Assembly (NCBI RefSeq): GCF_001194135.2 | Contig: NC_068981.1 | Location: forward strand, 193,195,339 to 193,259,338 | Reading direction: 5' to 3' | DNA length: 64,000 bases | Source: Octopus bimaculoides | Lineage: Eukaryota | Shown: positions 62,766 to 64,000 of the stretch, piece after piece | Numbering within the stretch: the first letter of the stretch is position 1 | Layout of the letters: each line of letters opens with the position of its first letter | Notes under the pieces: model-generated | Told to the model about the DNA's origin: nothing | Databases searched by the model: none | Seen by the model: only the letters and a program-made list of their open reading frames with translations | Made by a program: the position numbers and the translations under genes

Positions 62766-64000
62766 AAGCTTTTGACAAAATTTAATACAGATTCTCTGCT
62801 CAACTTTCCCGGTCATGGTCAATGCAATAATCACACACTACATACCTTCCTTCCAAGCACTGCTGTAAACAGTGGAAGCAAGCTGGAATGTTAAAACTTA
62901 GTGCGCATGCACAATAGAGTTCAAGGTCAATTTGTGCTAAGCAGATTCACTCTCTGTGCTTTAGCTTCGTTACTATAGCAACAATCCGGATACTCATTGA
63001 TCAGACCATGTATTTATGCATCTGTGTTTATGCCCCCCTCCACCATTGCTTGACAACTGTTGTTGGTGTGTTTACTTCCTCGTAACTTAGCAGTTTGGCA
63101 AAACACACTGATAGAATAAGTACTAGGCTTACAAAGAGTAAGTCCTGGAGTCAGTTTGTCCAACTAAAGGCAGTGCTCCAGCATGGCTGTAGTCAAATGA
63201 CTGAAACAAGTAAAAGAATAAAAGAATGTGTATGTATGTGCACATACATGCACGCACGCACACACACACACACACACACGTAAATAAATATTTACCCTTT
63301 AATTTATTAACCAAGTGCTCTGTTTGCTGATAGTCACTTAGCTTCATTACAGGCCCTTACAATTGTCAAGAGCATTTCTAAGTAAATATATCTTGCGGTT
63401 AGATATTCTTTTAGTGATAAGATCTTTCATTGACAGTTTACTTTATTAATGCTTATTGCTTCCTATGACTATTTACTCACAACATGTGTCTGATACATAA
63501 TTACACATACATACATATCAACTTCATTGTCGTTGTCGTCATTGCTGTCATCGCTGTCACCATCGCCGTGGTTATCGTCATTGTTTTAACATCCTTTTTT
63601 GCGTGTGTGCATGTGTCAGATGGAATTTGTTGAGGTAGATTTTCTATGACTGAACACTATTTCTCCCATGAGTCCTCACCTATTTCCAAACTGAGGAAAT
63701 AATTCCTTTTGGCCAGACATGTTTTCACAGAAGACTGGGAACGAATAACATCGCTTATATGATGGTGAATGTTCTTATGACTATCAGGCAATGTCAAGAC
63801 AAGGAAAAACAAACACACACACACACATGCACACACACACACAAGTACATACATGTGCACACACATACACACACAAATGCATGTATTATGTACATGTATA
63901 TATATAAGGACATGCTTTCTTAAGACTCCATCCACCAAATCCACTAACAAGGCATTGGACACTTGCCCAAAGTGCCACACAGAGGACTGAATTTGAAACC

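Noticed and set aside
3275-63980. Most short ORFs in the supplied track (poly-HT, CV, YI, H, M, I and X-containing ORFs)
   Set aside because: They are translations of microsatellites, N gaps or SINE/LINE UTRs.

Overview
AT-rich, microsatellite-dense eukaryotic DNA with several N gaps. The SINE/LINE content and repeat style point to an octopus (coleoid cephalopod) scaffold; this is inferred, not proven. Genes: one intronless 895-aa low-complexity ORF on the minus strand (14511-17198, no recognisable domain). Upstream on the same strand is a chain of small, phase-compatible GT-AG exons (about 49.2, 41.4, 40.1, 35.5, 35.2, 29.1 kb, with weaker candidates at 28.0, 55.1 and 60.3 kb). They probably belong to one uncharacterised gene and may or may not splice into the large ORF. 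The rest is mostly decayed mobile DNA: tRNA-derived SINEs (including Nin/Deu-domain copies), RTE, R4/Dong-type and CR1-like LINE fragments, Penelope-like elements (PLEs), five Tc1/mariner copies plus a MITE, and hAT remnants. The most interesting signal is a set of minimal type I hammerhead ribozyme motifs in PLE-type repeats. (1) A complete fold with a palindromic stem III lies at 972-1019. (2) A second copy of that family at 21.8-22.0 kb begins exactly at the predicted self-cleavage site. (3) A tRNA-headed (Pol III A/B box) element carrying a hammerhead, flanked by an inverted hammerhead copy, lies at 54.6-54.95 kb. All assignments were made by eye from motifs and manual translation; no database search was run.
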